DNA of 63,800 nt, counting the filler, from Folioceros fuciformis (lineage: Eukaryota): assembly GCA_049999805.1 (NCBI GenBank). It is 4 parts of 4 records of this genome, joined end to end, with 100 filler letters (N's around TTAATTAATTAA, not from the genome) between each part and the next. Parts side by side here need not be neighbours in the genome. Positions count along the whole stretch, not along the records: positions 1 to 25,618 come from JBNGIO010006257.1; positions 25,719 to 49,323 come from JBNGIO010006258.1; 2 more parts are not named here. One strand, given 5' to 3'. Shown piece after piece: positions 13,403 through 26,227 of the stretch (positions are counted from its first letter, which is position 1; the number at the start of each line of letters is the position of its first letter). The translations under genes were made by a program, and so were the position numbers. The notes below the pieces were generated by a model. The model had not been told where the DNA came from. It searched no databases and saw nothing but the letters and a program-made list of their open reading frames with translations.

Positions 13403-14517
13403 TCACCCTTGGAACGTTCGCAGCCACAGCAGCGTGATTGTCATCATCGTTGTCAATAGCGGATATTTGTCCAACGACAACATCGAAAAGGGTCTGATTT
13501 GATTCACTTCCATTCCCGAAAGGTTTTTCTGGCAAAAGAAAGCCCACAGTGGCCGATTAGAAGAGAAGCACATTAATACTCCCAAGAGACATGAATTTTG
13601 ATTGAAGTGGCCATCACCCACCATCTTACTTTCACAGCATGTGTTCTACCAGACAGCTTGGGGAATCCATTGTCAATCTTGTCCCGTCGAACATTTTGAA
13701 CGTCCTCAACCTTGGTACGAACCTGCCGGGGTGGTATTGTTAGACCAAGGTTGACTGGAGTGTGAAGACACTAGTATTGTATGCCTGGCCCTTGTGTGTA
13801 TAGCCCACCTCGAGGGCTCTGTTCTGCAACTCCGTCTCACTGCAGGAAGGTGCAGCATCAGCAAAGCATTTGTGACAGCACTAGTACAGGAAGGGTGGAA
13901 AACACTACACAACATACCTGACCAGAACAAGACGTGCCAACTCGATGTAGTGAAATGGGAGAGACTGAAACTCCACCGGTGCTTCCTTTTCGGCATCTAG
14001 AGCTTGAGCAAGTTTGTCTGAGACCAGACCAGGCCCTCACTCAATAAGCACGGCATAGTGAAAGCAGAGAGAGTTGAGACATCTGCAGACATCCAGTCGG
14101 GGATTTGAATCCTACTTTTCCCACGTTTCTTCAATTCAATGCCGAGCCAAGCAGGAACTTTGATGGGAACCTGAGGAAGAAATGGACCGTAGTCTCCCTC
14201 TGGGAACACCCACCAAAGTTCGTTAACGATGTTGCCAATTTTCAGCCAAGTTTGAGGGAAGAACACACAGGCAAGCATAAACAGATGAGGTGTAGAGCAT
14301 GCGCAGATGGGGTGTAGAGCATACGCAGATGACGAGTAGCGTGTCCATACAGACGTTGGGCACGATGTCAACATTCTCTCCCTCAGCTAAGAACTCAACC
14401 TGAACAGAAGGCGAATGTGAGGAACATGCACGCTTGCCAAAACCGTTCCTCCACCTGCATCGCTCGTCCAGACCGACTTGCCTCAGCAGGTGTGAAAGGG
14501 CTCAACGTGGTGCCCAT
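13403..14517 (-). pseudogene. PSF2: GINS complex subunit PSF2, divergent and probably disabled
   Basis: MGTTLSPFTPAE|VEFLAEGENVDIVPN..|GDYGPFLPQVPIKVPAWLGIELKKRGK..PDWM|KLAQALDAEKEAPVEFQSLPFHYIE|VRTKVEDVQNVRRDK..RTHAVK|KNLSGMEVNQIRPF. Intron 1 has a GC donor; the expected donor after WMSA reads AT; the C-terminus looks frameshifted. Confidence 0.75.
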
Positions 14518-14716
14518 CCTCCCCGCCGTTGCCGCTTCATGCCTCAGCCGGTGAGCTGCCGTGTGTTACGGAACGGATAATCTGCTCGTAACCCTCCCAC
14601 CAACTAGTTAACCTGCCATGTGTTGCGGAAGAGATAATCTACTCGTAACCCTGCTGACCAACTAGACCAACTAATTATCGTAGACCATGGGTGTGCATCT
14701 TGGGGGAAGAGACAAC

Positions 14717-16980
14717 TATTTAAGATACACTTTGTATATACCTTATATAGGTGACCCTATTTAGATACACTTTATATATATCTTCTATAGGTGATCCTAT
14801 TTAGACACACTTTGTATACATCTTATATAGGTAACCCTATTTAAGACTATTTTTCTCATGAGGATCCCTCGAGTGGTTTTTCGGAGCTTTATACACTAGC
14901 GGCTACTGCGGCCAGGGGCGAAGTTCCTAATCGAATCTCTCAAGTTTCGGCGGCTAGTAGGCTACTTGCACATGACTAATGACACTCATATTCTTGGGCA
15001 AGGAGTCACAGTCAAAGTTGCATTTGATTTCTTCTCATCAAAGCTCTCCAAGCTGGGGTTGCAGGTCAAGCTATCTAAATGCAGGGTTCGGTCCCCTTCA
15101 AGCATCACTACCCCCCTTCAATATTTGGGGGGATATCACCTCCTCGTAGGGACTTCGAGTCTTGGGTGTGCATGTGGGACCTCCTGACTTTGTTCATAGG
15201 TTAGTGGATAAAGCATTGGATGAAGATTTTGCTCATATCATGGACCTCTCACAAATCGGTGATCCTCATATTGCGTTTCGTATCCTTTCTTCTTGTTTTG
15301 CACGGCGACCAGGTTACCTTACTAGAACTGTTGCGCCTTCTCCATTTTTCTTATCAAGTCTCAAGAAGTTTGACAATCAAGTTATGCAGGCTCTTGGGAA
15401 CATCATAGGTCCGGGCACCTTCGAGTGTGTTGTCGATGATTTGGCTCGGAAGCAGGCTTCTTTGCCAGTCACCTTTGGAGGGGTTGGTCTTTTGGCCATG
15501 GAGGCCTCTGCCCCAGCTGCCTTTCTTGGTAGCTGGGCCCTCATAGCTCCAATTTTGGCCTCTCGTTTTTTGCTACAAGATTCCCTTGTTCTTGAAAGTT
15601 TTATTTCAGGTGTTGAGGAGGGCATTTTCCCTTTACAGGTATCTCTTAGGAAAGTGAGGGATTCTCTACCTTTGGAGGCTCATGAGGCTCTACCACCTTT
15701 CACCTCCTTTTCTAGGGAAGGGTTGAAGCGTCTCCAAGCCTCCCTCCTAGAAAAGCAATATGGCCAAGCACTAAGAGCCCTTCTTTCAAACTCATCCATC
15801 CCTAGGTCTTCTTGAGCTCGTATTTGATCTTGTTCAGGTAAAGGAGTGGGCTCTTGGCTTTTAGCTCGACCTTGCATCCAGGCGTTTCGAATCACACCAA
15901 CAACTTTCGCCACCGCAATGAGATTTCGCTTAGGTTTGGCCCACCCCTTAGCTTTTTCTCTCTCTACATGCAGTTGTGGGTTTGCCATTATTGATACAGG
16001 GTCCCATTCAGCACGTTGTTCCATTGGGGGGCACCACATTGCCACTCATGATGCAATTCGATATGTCAAGTTCTCAATGGCCAGGGAGTGTGGGTTCCTT
16101 CCGTATAGGGAGCATCCATATACTTTGCGCAATGGGGTTTCACTTATAGCCGACCTTTTCTTCATTAGGGGAGAACAAGTCTGTGTTGCTAATGTGGTTG
16201 TTACGGATCCCACTAGGGATTCGATTTGTGAGCACGTCATCATCAACCTCCCTCGTTGGGCAGTAGAGGGTTGTGCAAGTGCCAAAGTCCATAAGTATTC
16301 TCCCTTGCAAAACGGGCATACTTTCATCCCCCTTGCTCTTGAGACTCATGGAGCTATGGGCAAGGACTTTTCAAGGTTTATCAAGGAGTGTGCCAAGGTT
16401 TATCAGAGCAATAGGAATGGTGTTCTCCCTCTTTCCTCTGTGGTGGCCTTCTTTCGACAACGTGTATCCATTGCTTTGCAACGAGCATTGGCCAATGCAG
16501 TTTTTAGAACAGCAACAAGCACAGGTCAAGCAGCTTCTTTGGCACCGGTGGTAGGTAGGCCTTTTGTTGTTCCACATCATGACATTTTAGGAGTAGTAAG
16601 TAGTTTTTGAAAATGATATTCACAGGGGAGAGTACCTCTTTTTGCCTTTGGCCCTAATGGGGTTGTTCCTCCAATCTTTGGAGTAGATGGGACTTTCCAT
16701 CTCTTTTTCAATCATAGAAAATATCCAATTTAAGACACACTTTGTATACACCTTATATGCATTAACACAAATTATAAGGTGACCCTATTGAAAGCACACT
16801 TTGTATACACCTTACATAGGTGACCATATTTACGACACACTTTGTATACACTTTAGATTAACATGAATTATAAGGTGACCCTATTTAAGAAACACTTTGT
16901 ATACACCTTATATAGGTTAACACAAATTATAAGGTGACCCTATTTAAGGCACACGTTGTATACACCTTATATACAATAAC
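14717..16980. repeat. ~41/58-bp tandem array (about 3 units left, 5 right), interrupted by a CRE-like element
   Basis: Unit TATTTAAGACACACTTTGTATACACCTTATATAGGTGACCC; long variants add TTAACACAAATTATAA. Confidence 0.9.
14848..16727 (+). mobile_element. CRE-clade non-LTR retrotransposon (RT remnant + CCHC zinc finger + restriction-like endonuclease), 5'-truncated, inactive
   Basis: SRLLA joined to (YxDD-like) TNDTHILG; LGVHVG; QASLPVTFGGVGL; AAFLGSW; GSWLLARP; RFRLG; CSCG..HSARC; THDAIR..RE..IADL..VVVTDP; AKVHKY; FIPLALETHG; RVSIALQR. Frameshift ~15160, stop 15813-15815. Flanked by ATTTAAGAC direct repeats. Confidence 0.85.
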
Positions 16981-18420
16981 ATGAAACATCTTTGCAAGCA
17001 TGGGGTCTTAATCATGCTAGACTAGATGCAATTCTACAGCTAGGATTCTTTACATGGTATCAAAGCCCAAATGATCTTGGATGAAAAAATAAGATCGTGC
17101 ACTCGGACTTGCCCCTCATCCAAGTCCCGATCCAGTACAGGGGTGCTTCAGGAGTGCTTATCCCAAAAGTTCTGATGAGAGTCTGGCTATCCCCTCCCCT
17201 CCTTTCCTAGCTTGCTTGATATCTGCATTTGTGGAGATATCAACAGTTAGAAGTCTAAATGAAATTTAAAAGCAACAATAGGAGAGGCACGGTGCCTCTC
17301 CCTCCCTCCCACAATCAGAACCTAGGCTCCTTGAGCAATTGCCCTGCAATCGATGGCGAGGACAACTAAATCCAGCATCAGGTTCTCCCTGCGCTTGAAG
17401 GTGTGCGTGCCTAGGTTAGTGCACCCCTACGCCCACCTCCAATTTGTGGCTGCTACTCACCGTCACTCAAGGCGAAGGACACAACAAGCAGCAGCAATTC
17501 CACACTAGGCTGCAGTGAAGAGAGTGTTCTGCTACCTGAAGGAAACCTTAAACCTATGAACTTGCATATAAGAGTAGCGGCACAGGCAAGGTCACACTTT
17601 TAGGATTCACAAACACCGACTCGGCTTCTGACCTGGACTCGAGGAAGAGCTTCAGTGCTCATTCTTTTCTCTTATGCTTTGCCATTGTTAACTGGAGTTG
17701 CAAGAAACAGATGTCTATTGCTCTATCCTTGACAGAAGCAGAATACAAGTCTTTGATTGACGCTGCCAAAGAAGTAGAATGGGAAAGGGCTTTCCTGCAA
17801 GACGTCAGCTAGAAACAAGATCAGCCCACAGCTTTATATTGCGACAACATGCCAGCCCTAGCGTTGGTGTCCAACCCTAAATTCCATGCACGAACCAAGC
17901 ACATTGAAATACAACACCACTACATTCGAGACGTAGCTAAGCATGGTGTGGTTAAGGCAAGGTACGTTTCTATATATGAGAACCTAGCAGACCTACTGAC
18001 CAAAAGATTGTCCAAGATGCAACATTACCAGCATATGAAAGGAATGGGACTGATCGATTTTTCATACTTTCATGTCGCAGTTTAGTGGCATAGGGACTTA
18101 TCTATGTGAGGGAGTAATGCCATTGCGCACGTCGAGAGGGCGTACGAGCCTTCATTCACCCTCTCCTTCTTCAGGCCACAGACCCTAAAATTTGCCGACA
18201 CTAACGGATGAAGCCTTGACAAGCCATTCGATCACTCAGTGCTGGCAAATTCTTCTCCGGCCTACAAGCCTTCTTTATCTACAACGCAAGGGCTACCTAG
18301 CTTATGGCAGAACGAGGCTTGGTGGCGCTTTGCATCAAGTCTTCAATACTGATCGCACATGTTCACCATTTTTAAGAGACGGCATGAGTAGCACGCTTGC
18401 TTTTCCTGTCACATGCCGCT

Positions 18421-20531
18421 TAGGAGGGAGTGTTAGGGAACTAATCGGCCAATTATTCCTACACATTCTGTTAGGCAGGCTAGGTAGCTCTACCCCTCTG
18501 CGAAATGACGCGCCGTTACATAGACATGTTAGCTTAGGCGTTTTAAACAAATCACACACATTACCTTTCATCACTATTAGTGAGTATATTGGAATACACA
18601 AGGAACTTGCTTGGACTTTCTCTAGCACCGTGCATTCCACTACACTCCAACTGTTCGGAGTCTAAGATGGTATTAGAGCCTCGGAAGGCTTCATAATCTA
18701 GTCTACACATGCCTCCTAGATTGCATTCCTAATATTCTACAATTGGTCACAATGCTTAGTGGCTATCACTACTGATGGCACCCGGGCCTTGTGGCCAATG
18801 TATCCTCGCCCCGTGTGCAACAACCTTAGAATCTAGATCCTAGGGAGAGAATCCTCTAAACTACCCCTAGGAAAATCTGATCTAAGTATGTAAATGCTAG
18901 TCATGGTTTTGCACCCAAACACGCATCCTTGACCTTCAATTTAGAATTAAGGAAAGTAGAAAGTGAGAGGAAAACAGGAGAAACCTCAAGCCTCGAGCTG
19001 ATCCACACCCGAGTAACGAGACCCCTTCAGACCCACAGCGGGCGCCGTGATCGAGGCGCTGCCGCCGCAAGCTTGCTTAGCCACTGCTGCCCTAATTCGT
19101 CCTTAACACCCCTCACTTGAGAAAAAACGGGAGGGTAGGAGCATCAAGTAGGGTCACAATCCCAGGTTTTAGTACGAGAACCAGCCAAAAAAAAAAGAAA
19201 AAAAGAAGACTAGCGATCAAGCGCATAGCTGAAAGCCCGAGCCGATCGTTCAGGCTTCGAGCTGCAAGAAATAACCATACCTAACCGTCCGCCTGACCTC
19301 GATCTCCACCGCCGCTATGATACCTACCTCGCAATCTTGGGAGCAACAACACCAGCATTGGGTTGGGGCCGCTGTTACCACACACCTACAAGGCCACTAG
19401 CGCTCCTCGGCATCCCTCCCACATGCCCACAGTGGAGGAAAGGGAAGGGATTAGATTTGGAAGTGAAGGAATAAACGATGGATAGGCAGAAATCTCGGGA
19501 ACAATCACATCACGAGATTGCCAGATTGTACCTGCCACCGCGATGCTCAGCGAGGAGGATCTGGTCGCGTGGATTTGGAGCCCAAGGAGGCCCCAACCGT
19601 GATTCGAGTCCCACAAGATCTGACCCCCTGTTATTTTTTTCCTCCGGGATTGGACAAGCCGATCCAGGAGGGGGACTGCTACGGCTGGCACCCGGGCTAT
19701 CACAATCGGCGTGCCCACCTAGGGTGCCGCGATCGCCGGAGGGGGCGCAGCTGTGGAGGGGGCCACGCCCCGAGGTGGTGCCCCTCTCGTGAGGAGTGGT
19801 GCGCCCGCGCCCGCTAACACCCACCCGACCTCCCGCGAGGGGGAGGTGCGAGGCATGGAAGGGCCTAACTCTCTGGATACTGCTTGGTTTTGATTTTATG
19901 ACCACGACTTACAAGGAGGTTGTGGACCAGCTTATACAACACTTCAATTCACTTTCTTTTAACCCTCCTGCTACCATGGCCAGCACCTCCTCCTCTGCCC
20001 TAGTAGGCTCAAGTCCCGTTCTCACTGACCACCTTAAGGAAAAGGACCGATTTAATGGTCGGCACTACCAACTTTGGCGCGTTCGAATGAAGTCCATCCT
20101 TATCGGCCGAGGTGTTTGGAAGATAGTTAACGGCACAAACCCGAAGCCCAACTCTGCTGCCACACTTGCTCCGTCCGCTGCTGACATTGAGAAATGGGAT
20201 TACTTGAATGGGATCGCCATCGCTCTTCTTATCAGTGGCCTCGATTCTAGCTTTGTGCCCAGTGTCGAATTTCTCACACAGGCTTCGGCAATCTAGGATC
20301 AGCTATCAAACACGTACAACATTAACAATGTTTTAACCTTGTACAATGTAAGGCAAGAATTCAACTCCTTAAGGATGAAGGAGACTGATGCGATTTCTAC
20401 CCAGACCTCGAAGTTTAGACAGCTGCGAGGGCAGCTCGCCTCCCTTGGCTCAACCATGTCAGAGACCAATGCCGTTGCATAGCTGTTAATGAGCTTACTA
20501 CTCTCTTTCTAAATTTTTTTGATCAGCTTGA
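18421..20531 (+). mobile_element. Ty1/copia fragment: PPT-like tract, LTR (18431-18667), PBS, long leader, gag interrupted by the next element
   Basis: TAGGAGGGAG|TGTTAG; PBS TGGTATTAGAGCC at 18668; gag KEKDRFNGRHYQLWRVRMKSILIGRGVW from 19976, with stop at 20294-20296. Confidence 0.75.
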
Positions 20532-23500
20532 TGTTACGGTTATTTAGTAAAGACTAGTTAACCTCACTTGGTTAACATTAGGATTACAGAAGTATTTAAG
20601 ACAATTTTGTATTCTAAAGTAATTAATTCATTCTCTTGTGCACTTGTGAGTTTGGTGTACAAGAGCTTTCGCTTTATTTATTTACACTTGATGTTGGTAT
20701 CAGAGCAGAATACAATTTAGTGCTGCAATGTTGAGTCTTTAGTTTGCATTATGCACAAAATATAGCATAGTCTATCTATGAGTAGGCTACATTGTGTGCA
20801 TAATGGATTGTAGGCTCTGCACGCTCAGCACTAGGTTAATTGATTCTAGAGAACATCTAAACTTCTAGTAAATAATGCAACTAGAAGTCACTGGAACATT
20901 TTGTCGATATGACTCGTAGGAATTGCAATGGCCCTTATCGAGCTATTGAGGATTTTTGCAACCACAAGGCTTGGCACCAAGTCACCTAGTGGAAACTTAG
21001 AAAGCTATAGGGAAGAGGAAATTTACCCATCCTTTACTCGGTTACCAGGGCTTACTGCGCTGTTTCTTGAGTCACAGCGCAATTCCCCTTTTAACAGAAA
21101 TCAGCGTAGAGCTGAGTATGGGAGAATTACGGCTGCACATCGACAAGAAATTTCAGTGTTAGAAGGCGATCGTGAAATTTGGCTGTCTATTTCTAGCCTA
21201 CACGTAGAAATTGCAGCTTGTTTTTCAGTTCAAGAAGCAGCAATTTCATAATTGCAATCGAGCATCTCGACAATTGGAGCATTGTCCTCAGCAATTCTAC
21301 ATTCAGTTTAGCGCGCCGACAACCACATCACTGGAGTAAATGACTGCTTAGCTGATGTTGGAGGGGCAGTGATCTGTCTTGCTGCTTGTCAAGGGTTGAC
21401 GTTGAACATCCAGCCTGCTACATCTCAAGAGAGGTAGGCATTTGAGGCGGCCTAGTTTGCATCAGATTCAATGCTGGTGGGTGCTCCATTGCAGGTGTAG
21501 GGCATCATCCAGTGCCTGACGACGGGGGTCTGCAGCCTAATTCCAACCGCCATGGTCATCAGACATGTCGAGTGGTCCTTCTTGACAGCTGTCACCAAAA
21601 GTTACATTTGAATAGGCATTTTGCCCTAAAAATAACGTTTCATATCATGCTAAGTTGTGTGAACCGTTGCTAACCTTATGAATCGTTAATTGCATGCTAC
21701 TTACCGGTTTATGCCTTCCTTTTGGGACGAGTCAGATAGTGAGCTAGATGAGTCGTGAGACGTAGAGGAGGATTTTCTACAGTCTTTTGCATCTCAATTC
21801 CGTATCTTTGTCATTCCGACGTTCCTACAAAATCAACCACCCCCGTTATCAGGACCCATTAACAATATGGGTACTAATGTAGCAACTGTTTCTACTTATA
21901 CGGGAGAGTTTAAAGAGAAGGATCGGTTTGACGGAAATCCTGCTAGATTCGAGAGCTGGAAAGCCAGGATGAAAGCTCATTTGAATGCATATGATGTGTG
22001 GGAATATGTGGATGGTTCGATCCCAAATCCCAATCTTGTCCCCTCCACTGCAATACATCAACCCACAGCTGATGAGATAGCTAAGTGGAACAAAGGGAAT
22101 AAAGTGGCATTTGCCATACTTCTAAGTGGACTGGATGAGATAACAGTCACAGAAGTGGAGTTCCTTGAGACAGCAGCAGCTGTCTGGAATCAGTTAGTTG
22201 ACACTTACCAGGTCAAAAATGTTTGCACCTTGATTCATGTTCGAGAACAATTTCACAGTCTTAGGATGAAGGAAGGGGATCTTGTTGGAACCTATGTCAC
22301 AAAGTTGAGGTACCTCCGAGCACAGCTGTCTACGGTGGGAGCCAAGACGGCTGATGTGGAGATGGTTGCTCAACTATTGACCAGCTTGCCTCCATCCTAC
22401 CAGACTTTTATCTCAAGATAGAATGCTTCCTTGCGTGCTGCCTACCAAGCAGTAGCCAGTGGATAGCCTACTACCTTGGACTTGAATGAAGTCATTGGAG
22501 CACTCCTGCAAGAGGAGCAAAGCAGACACAAGTTAGGTGGCACTCGTCTTCGAGGCAAGAAGGTCTTGTTTGCATCGAAAGGCAAAGGACCTTGGAAGGG
22601 GAAAGGAAAGAAGGGTAACTCATCTCAAAATCAACATTCCTCAATGCCTGTCGCACCAAAAAGACAAGGTAACTGCAACTAGTGTCAAGTGCCAGGCCAC
22701 TGGGAACGTGACTGTCGCAGAAAGAAAGTTGGCGAGGCCAAGAGGGAGAGTAAGCCTGAGGCTCATGTCACATCCAGTGTGAAGATTAATTCTTCAAATC
22801 AGCAGAAACCCAAGAGTAGCAGTTCTGTATTAACAGTTTGCTTGACGTCTTACAGGGAAACTTCATCTTCCTGGTTTGTTGATTCAGGTGCCACTGCACA
22901 TGTCTGTGACAACCGTTAGCTGTTCTCCACCTTTCACAATCAGAGGTCCCCACAATTAGTTTTTGTTGGTGACTCTAGAGGTGTAGAAGTTTAAGGGCTG
23001 TGGAGATGTAACCATACCTTTGCTGGGAGGTGCGTTCTTGTACTTGGAAGATGTCCTGTACGTACCTGACATGAGCAAAAATCTGCTGAGTACTAGGGTT
23101 GTGGCACAAAGTCAACAGTATGGCTTCCGTTTTGAGGATAGGAAATGTTACATTTATGAGCTTAGTAACCCACAAGACTATGTAGCTAAAGCCATACTGT
23201 TCAATGATTTATACCACCTAGTCACAGTTACCAAGTCTAGAGCTAGTGCTCTAGTTGCTGCATCATATGCACAAGCTAATCTCTGGCATGCAAGGTTGGG
23301 TCATGTCAACAAGTTCAAACTGAATGTCATGGCCAACTCAAATTTTTATAGGGAGAAATTACCTTCCCGTTTCAAACTTTTAGAGTCTTGTAGCTCTTGT
23401 ATTCAGTCCAAGCAGAAGGAGCTACCATTTAAGAACAAGACGCCTAAACGTGCCAAGGCCTTGCTTGAACTTATACATGCCGACATTGCTGGAAAAATTC

Positions 23501-25618
23501 AGGTCAGTCGTAAGGAGGTGCTGAATACTACCTAACATTGACAAACGATTTTTCAAGGTACACGTGGACATTTCCCATTAAACATAAGAGTGAAGTGTAT
23601 GATCAAATTGCTTCCTGGATACCTATGGTGCAACACCAGACAGGTAATTTGGTGAAGTGTTTCAGGACTGATAATGGAGGAGAGTTCATAGGCCAGAAGT
23701 TTGATGACCTCTTTCAGCAGTTTGGAATTATTTGACAACTCTTTGTGCCCTACACGCAGCAACAAAATGGGGTGGCTGAGAGGAAAAACCAAACACTCAT
23801 GGGGATGACAAGATGCATGTTATCCTATACAAGGCTGCATAAAAGCTACTGGGCAGAAGCAATTGTGACAGCAACTTACTTATTGAATAGAGACGTCACA
23901 TCTGCCCTATCTGGAAAGACACCTTATGAAGCCTTCTGGGGAAGGAAGCCAAGCCCGTCCCATCTCAAGGTCTTTGGGTCACCAACTTTTGCCTTTATAC
24001 CTGAAGCAAAGAGTAAAAAGTTAGATAACAGGGCTAAACAATTGGTGTTTGTTGGATACTCAGAGGAGTCAAAGGCCTACAAACTATTTGATCCAGCAAC
24101 ATCTAAAATAACTCTGTCAAGAAGTGCAACTTTCAAGGAGCTTGTCCTCCCATAGACTGATGTGGACACTGGAGGTCGTGGCAGTTCTTCTCGTTCTAAG
24201 TCACTGATGGACGAGAGGTCTCTCATAGCCCCAGTAAATTATCCTTAGTCTGATGGAGAATCACCAGAAGTTGATGATCATGCAGCTATGGATGATTTCT
24301 TAAATCCTCTTGCTCCAGTTGCTTAGCCTGAACAGTTTATTCCTCAGAACCCTAATTTGCAAGTAGCTGATGATGATCTTTCAGTTAGTGTAGATCAATC
24401 CGAACATGATGACAGAGAAGATGAACCTCTTGAAGATGCTGCTTACCCTGAATCAGATATGGATGTAGATGCTGCAAGTGTTGTAAGCCACAGTGATGCT
24501 GGCTCTCTTGGTTCGGATGACCCTTTGTTGAATTTAGATCATACAGTTGAAGAGGGAGCACCTCTTGTCACTGCAGAGGGGGATACCTCTCCTTGGTATC
24601 CTATCCGTGAACGCCGTCCAAGGGCAGAGTGGTAGGAACCCCTGTATCAGGCTATTGATTTTCGCAGACCAACAGCTCATGTGGCAGATCTACATGTGCC
24701 TGAAGTTAGGCCTGATCCTCAGAGTTACAAAGAGGCACTTTAAGGGCCTGATGCTAAACACTGGAGGATTTCGATTGATGATGAGTAGAACTCGTTGGTC
24801 AAGAATAATACCTGGGAACTTGCAGACTTGCCTCCTAGCCGAAAACCTATCACCTGCAAGTGGGTTTTCAAAACTAAGTTAAAGGCAGATGGCACAATTG
24901 CAAGGTATAAATCACGACTAGTAGCTCGGGATTTCTCTCAGATACCTGGAATTGATTATGGAGACACCTTTTCTCCTGTGGTTAAACCGCCTTCAGTTCG
25001 GATTTTGCTGGCCATGGCTGCTCACTTTAACCTCAAACTCCACCAGATGGATGTTTGCACAACCTTTCTTCATGGGGAACTTGAGGAGGTTCTATATATG
25101 GATCAGCCTGAAGGGTTTGTTGATAAGCAATTTTCTAATAAAGTTTGTAAGCTGTTAAAAACCATATATGGGCTCAAGTAGAGCCCTCGTGCTTGGTACA
25201 AGAGGATCATGACGTTTCTCAAAACGCATGGCTTTGTACAATCTCCAGCAGATTCCAATGTTTTTTACCTCGATTCCGACGGGCTGTTTGTCATTCTTGC
25301 TCTTTATGTAGATGATGCAATTTTGTTGAGCAATCACCCTAATCAGCTTGACGCAGTGAAAGCTGTGTCTGAGTTTGAAATGACAGATCAGTGGCCGCTT
25401 GCTTTCTGTCTCGATATACAAATCCTACGGGACAGGTCACATGGCACCATCATTTTACATCAGACCAAATACATCAAAGAAATTCTTAAGAGGTTTACTT
25501 TGAATTCTACAAAGCCTATTTCAACACCTACAGCTGTGGGGGAAAAGCTTACCTCGGACCAGTCACCATAGGATGCTGTTGATGAGGCTATGATGACTGG
25601 AGTTCCGTATGCTGAGGC
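20532..25618 (+). mobile_element. Degenerate Ty1/copia element (LTR, PBS, gag, protease, integrase, RT), truncated by the gap
   Basis: LTR TGTTACGG from 20532; PBS TGGTATCAGAGC at 20695; gag from 21867; CxxCxxxGHxxxxC; WFVDSGATAH; LWHARLGH; RTDNGGEF; QQNGVAER; YKSRLVA; LYVDD; many premature stops. Confidence 0.93.
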
Positions 25619-25718
25619 NNNNNNNNNNNNNNNNNNNNNNNNNNNNNNNNNNNNNNNNNNNNTTAATTAATTAANNNNNNNNNNNNNNNNNNNNNNNNNN
25701 NNNNNNNNNNNNNNNNNN
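25619..25718. other. Assembly gap with TTAATTAATTAA linker
   Basis: N-run with a stop-codon linker; the same structure occurs at 49324-49423 and 62060-62159. Confidence 0.95.
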
Positions 25719-25776
25719 TTGGAAGAAGGGAGACTTGTTGGAAGAAGGGAGACTTGTTGGAAGAACGGAGACTTGC
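25719..25776. repeat. 20-bp tandem repeat x3
   Basis: TTGGAAGAAGGGAGACTTG repeated. Confidence 0.85.
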
Positions 25777-26227
25777 GAGACAAAAAAACGTCCGCGTGCC
25801 CAGGTCAGGAGGGGCATACATTTCCACAGTCGAGAACATAAGAGGGCTGTTTAACCTGTGAAACCAATCACACCAAACAACAGTCAAACAAGATTGGGAA
25901 CGTACCACCTCTGGGGCACAAGGTATTCTGTTGGAGGGAGGACTCATGCCCAAGATGCCACAAATCCAAGACCCCCGGGGTACTTAAGAACCCAGTTTGG
26001 ACAAAGACAAGGCCCCGGCAGTTATTTGTGACGTGGGGGCTCGTCCACAAGATCAACAAATGAACTAAGGTGTTCCGAATGGCAGGACAGAGCCAATCCC
26101 TGGGCTGTTCCGTACCTGGCCCGGGAAGATTCATTTGCTTGCCCATGGAACTCGTGTCTCGGATCGAGAGCTTTCCCCCTCGCTTCCCAGCTTAAAAGAT
26201 CATTATTACCTTTCCAGCAGATGCTCT

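Larger units (their letters stand above)
14564..18085 (+). mobile_element. Internally deleted Ty1/copia element: expanded 5' LTR (14564-17054), PBS, RNase H remnant
   Basis: Starts TGTTACGG and shares ACTAGTTAACCT and TATTTAAGAC..TTTGTAT with the LTR at 20532. Ends ..TACA before tRNA-iMet PBS TGGTATCAAAGC (17055). RNase H motifs WSCKKQ..ALS.TEAEY, YCDN, HARTKHIEIQHHYIR, ADLLTK. Confidence 0.7.

Noticed and set aside
14745-14765. Resemblance of ATATAGGTGACCCTAT to the SP6 phage promoter
   Set aside because: Imperfect match embedded in a diverged genomic repeat; no vector sequence nearby
14717-16980. Repeat array as a CRISPR-like locus
   Set aside because: Units are contiguous with no unique spacers, there are no cas genes, and the context is a eukaryotic LTR
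19386-19905. GC-rich ORFs in the copia leader
   Set aside because: No recognisable domain; lie between PBS and gag
25663-25674. TTAATTAATTAA palindrome inside N-runs (also at ~49368 and ~62104)
   Set aside because: Artificial scaffolding linker, not biological
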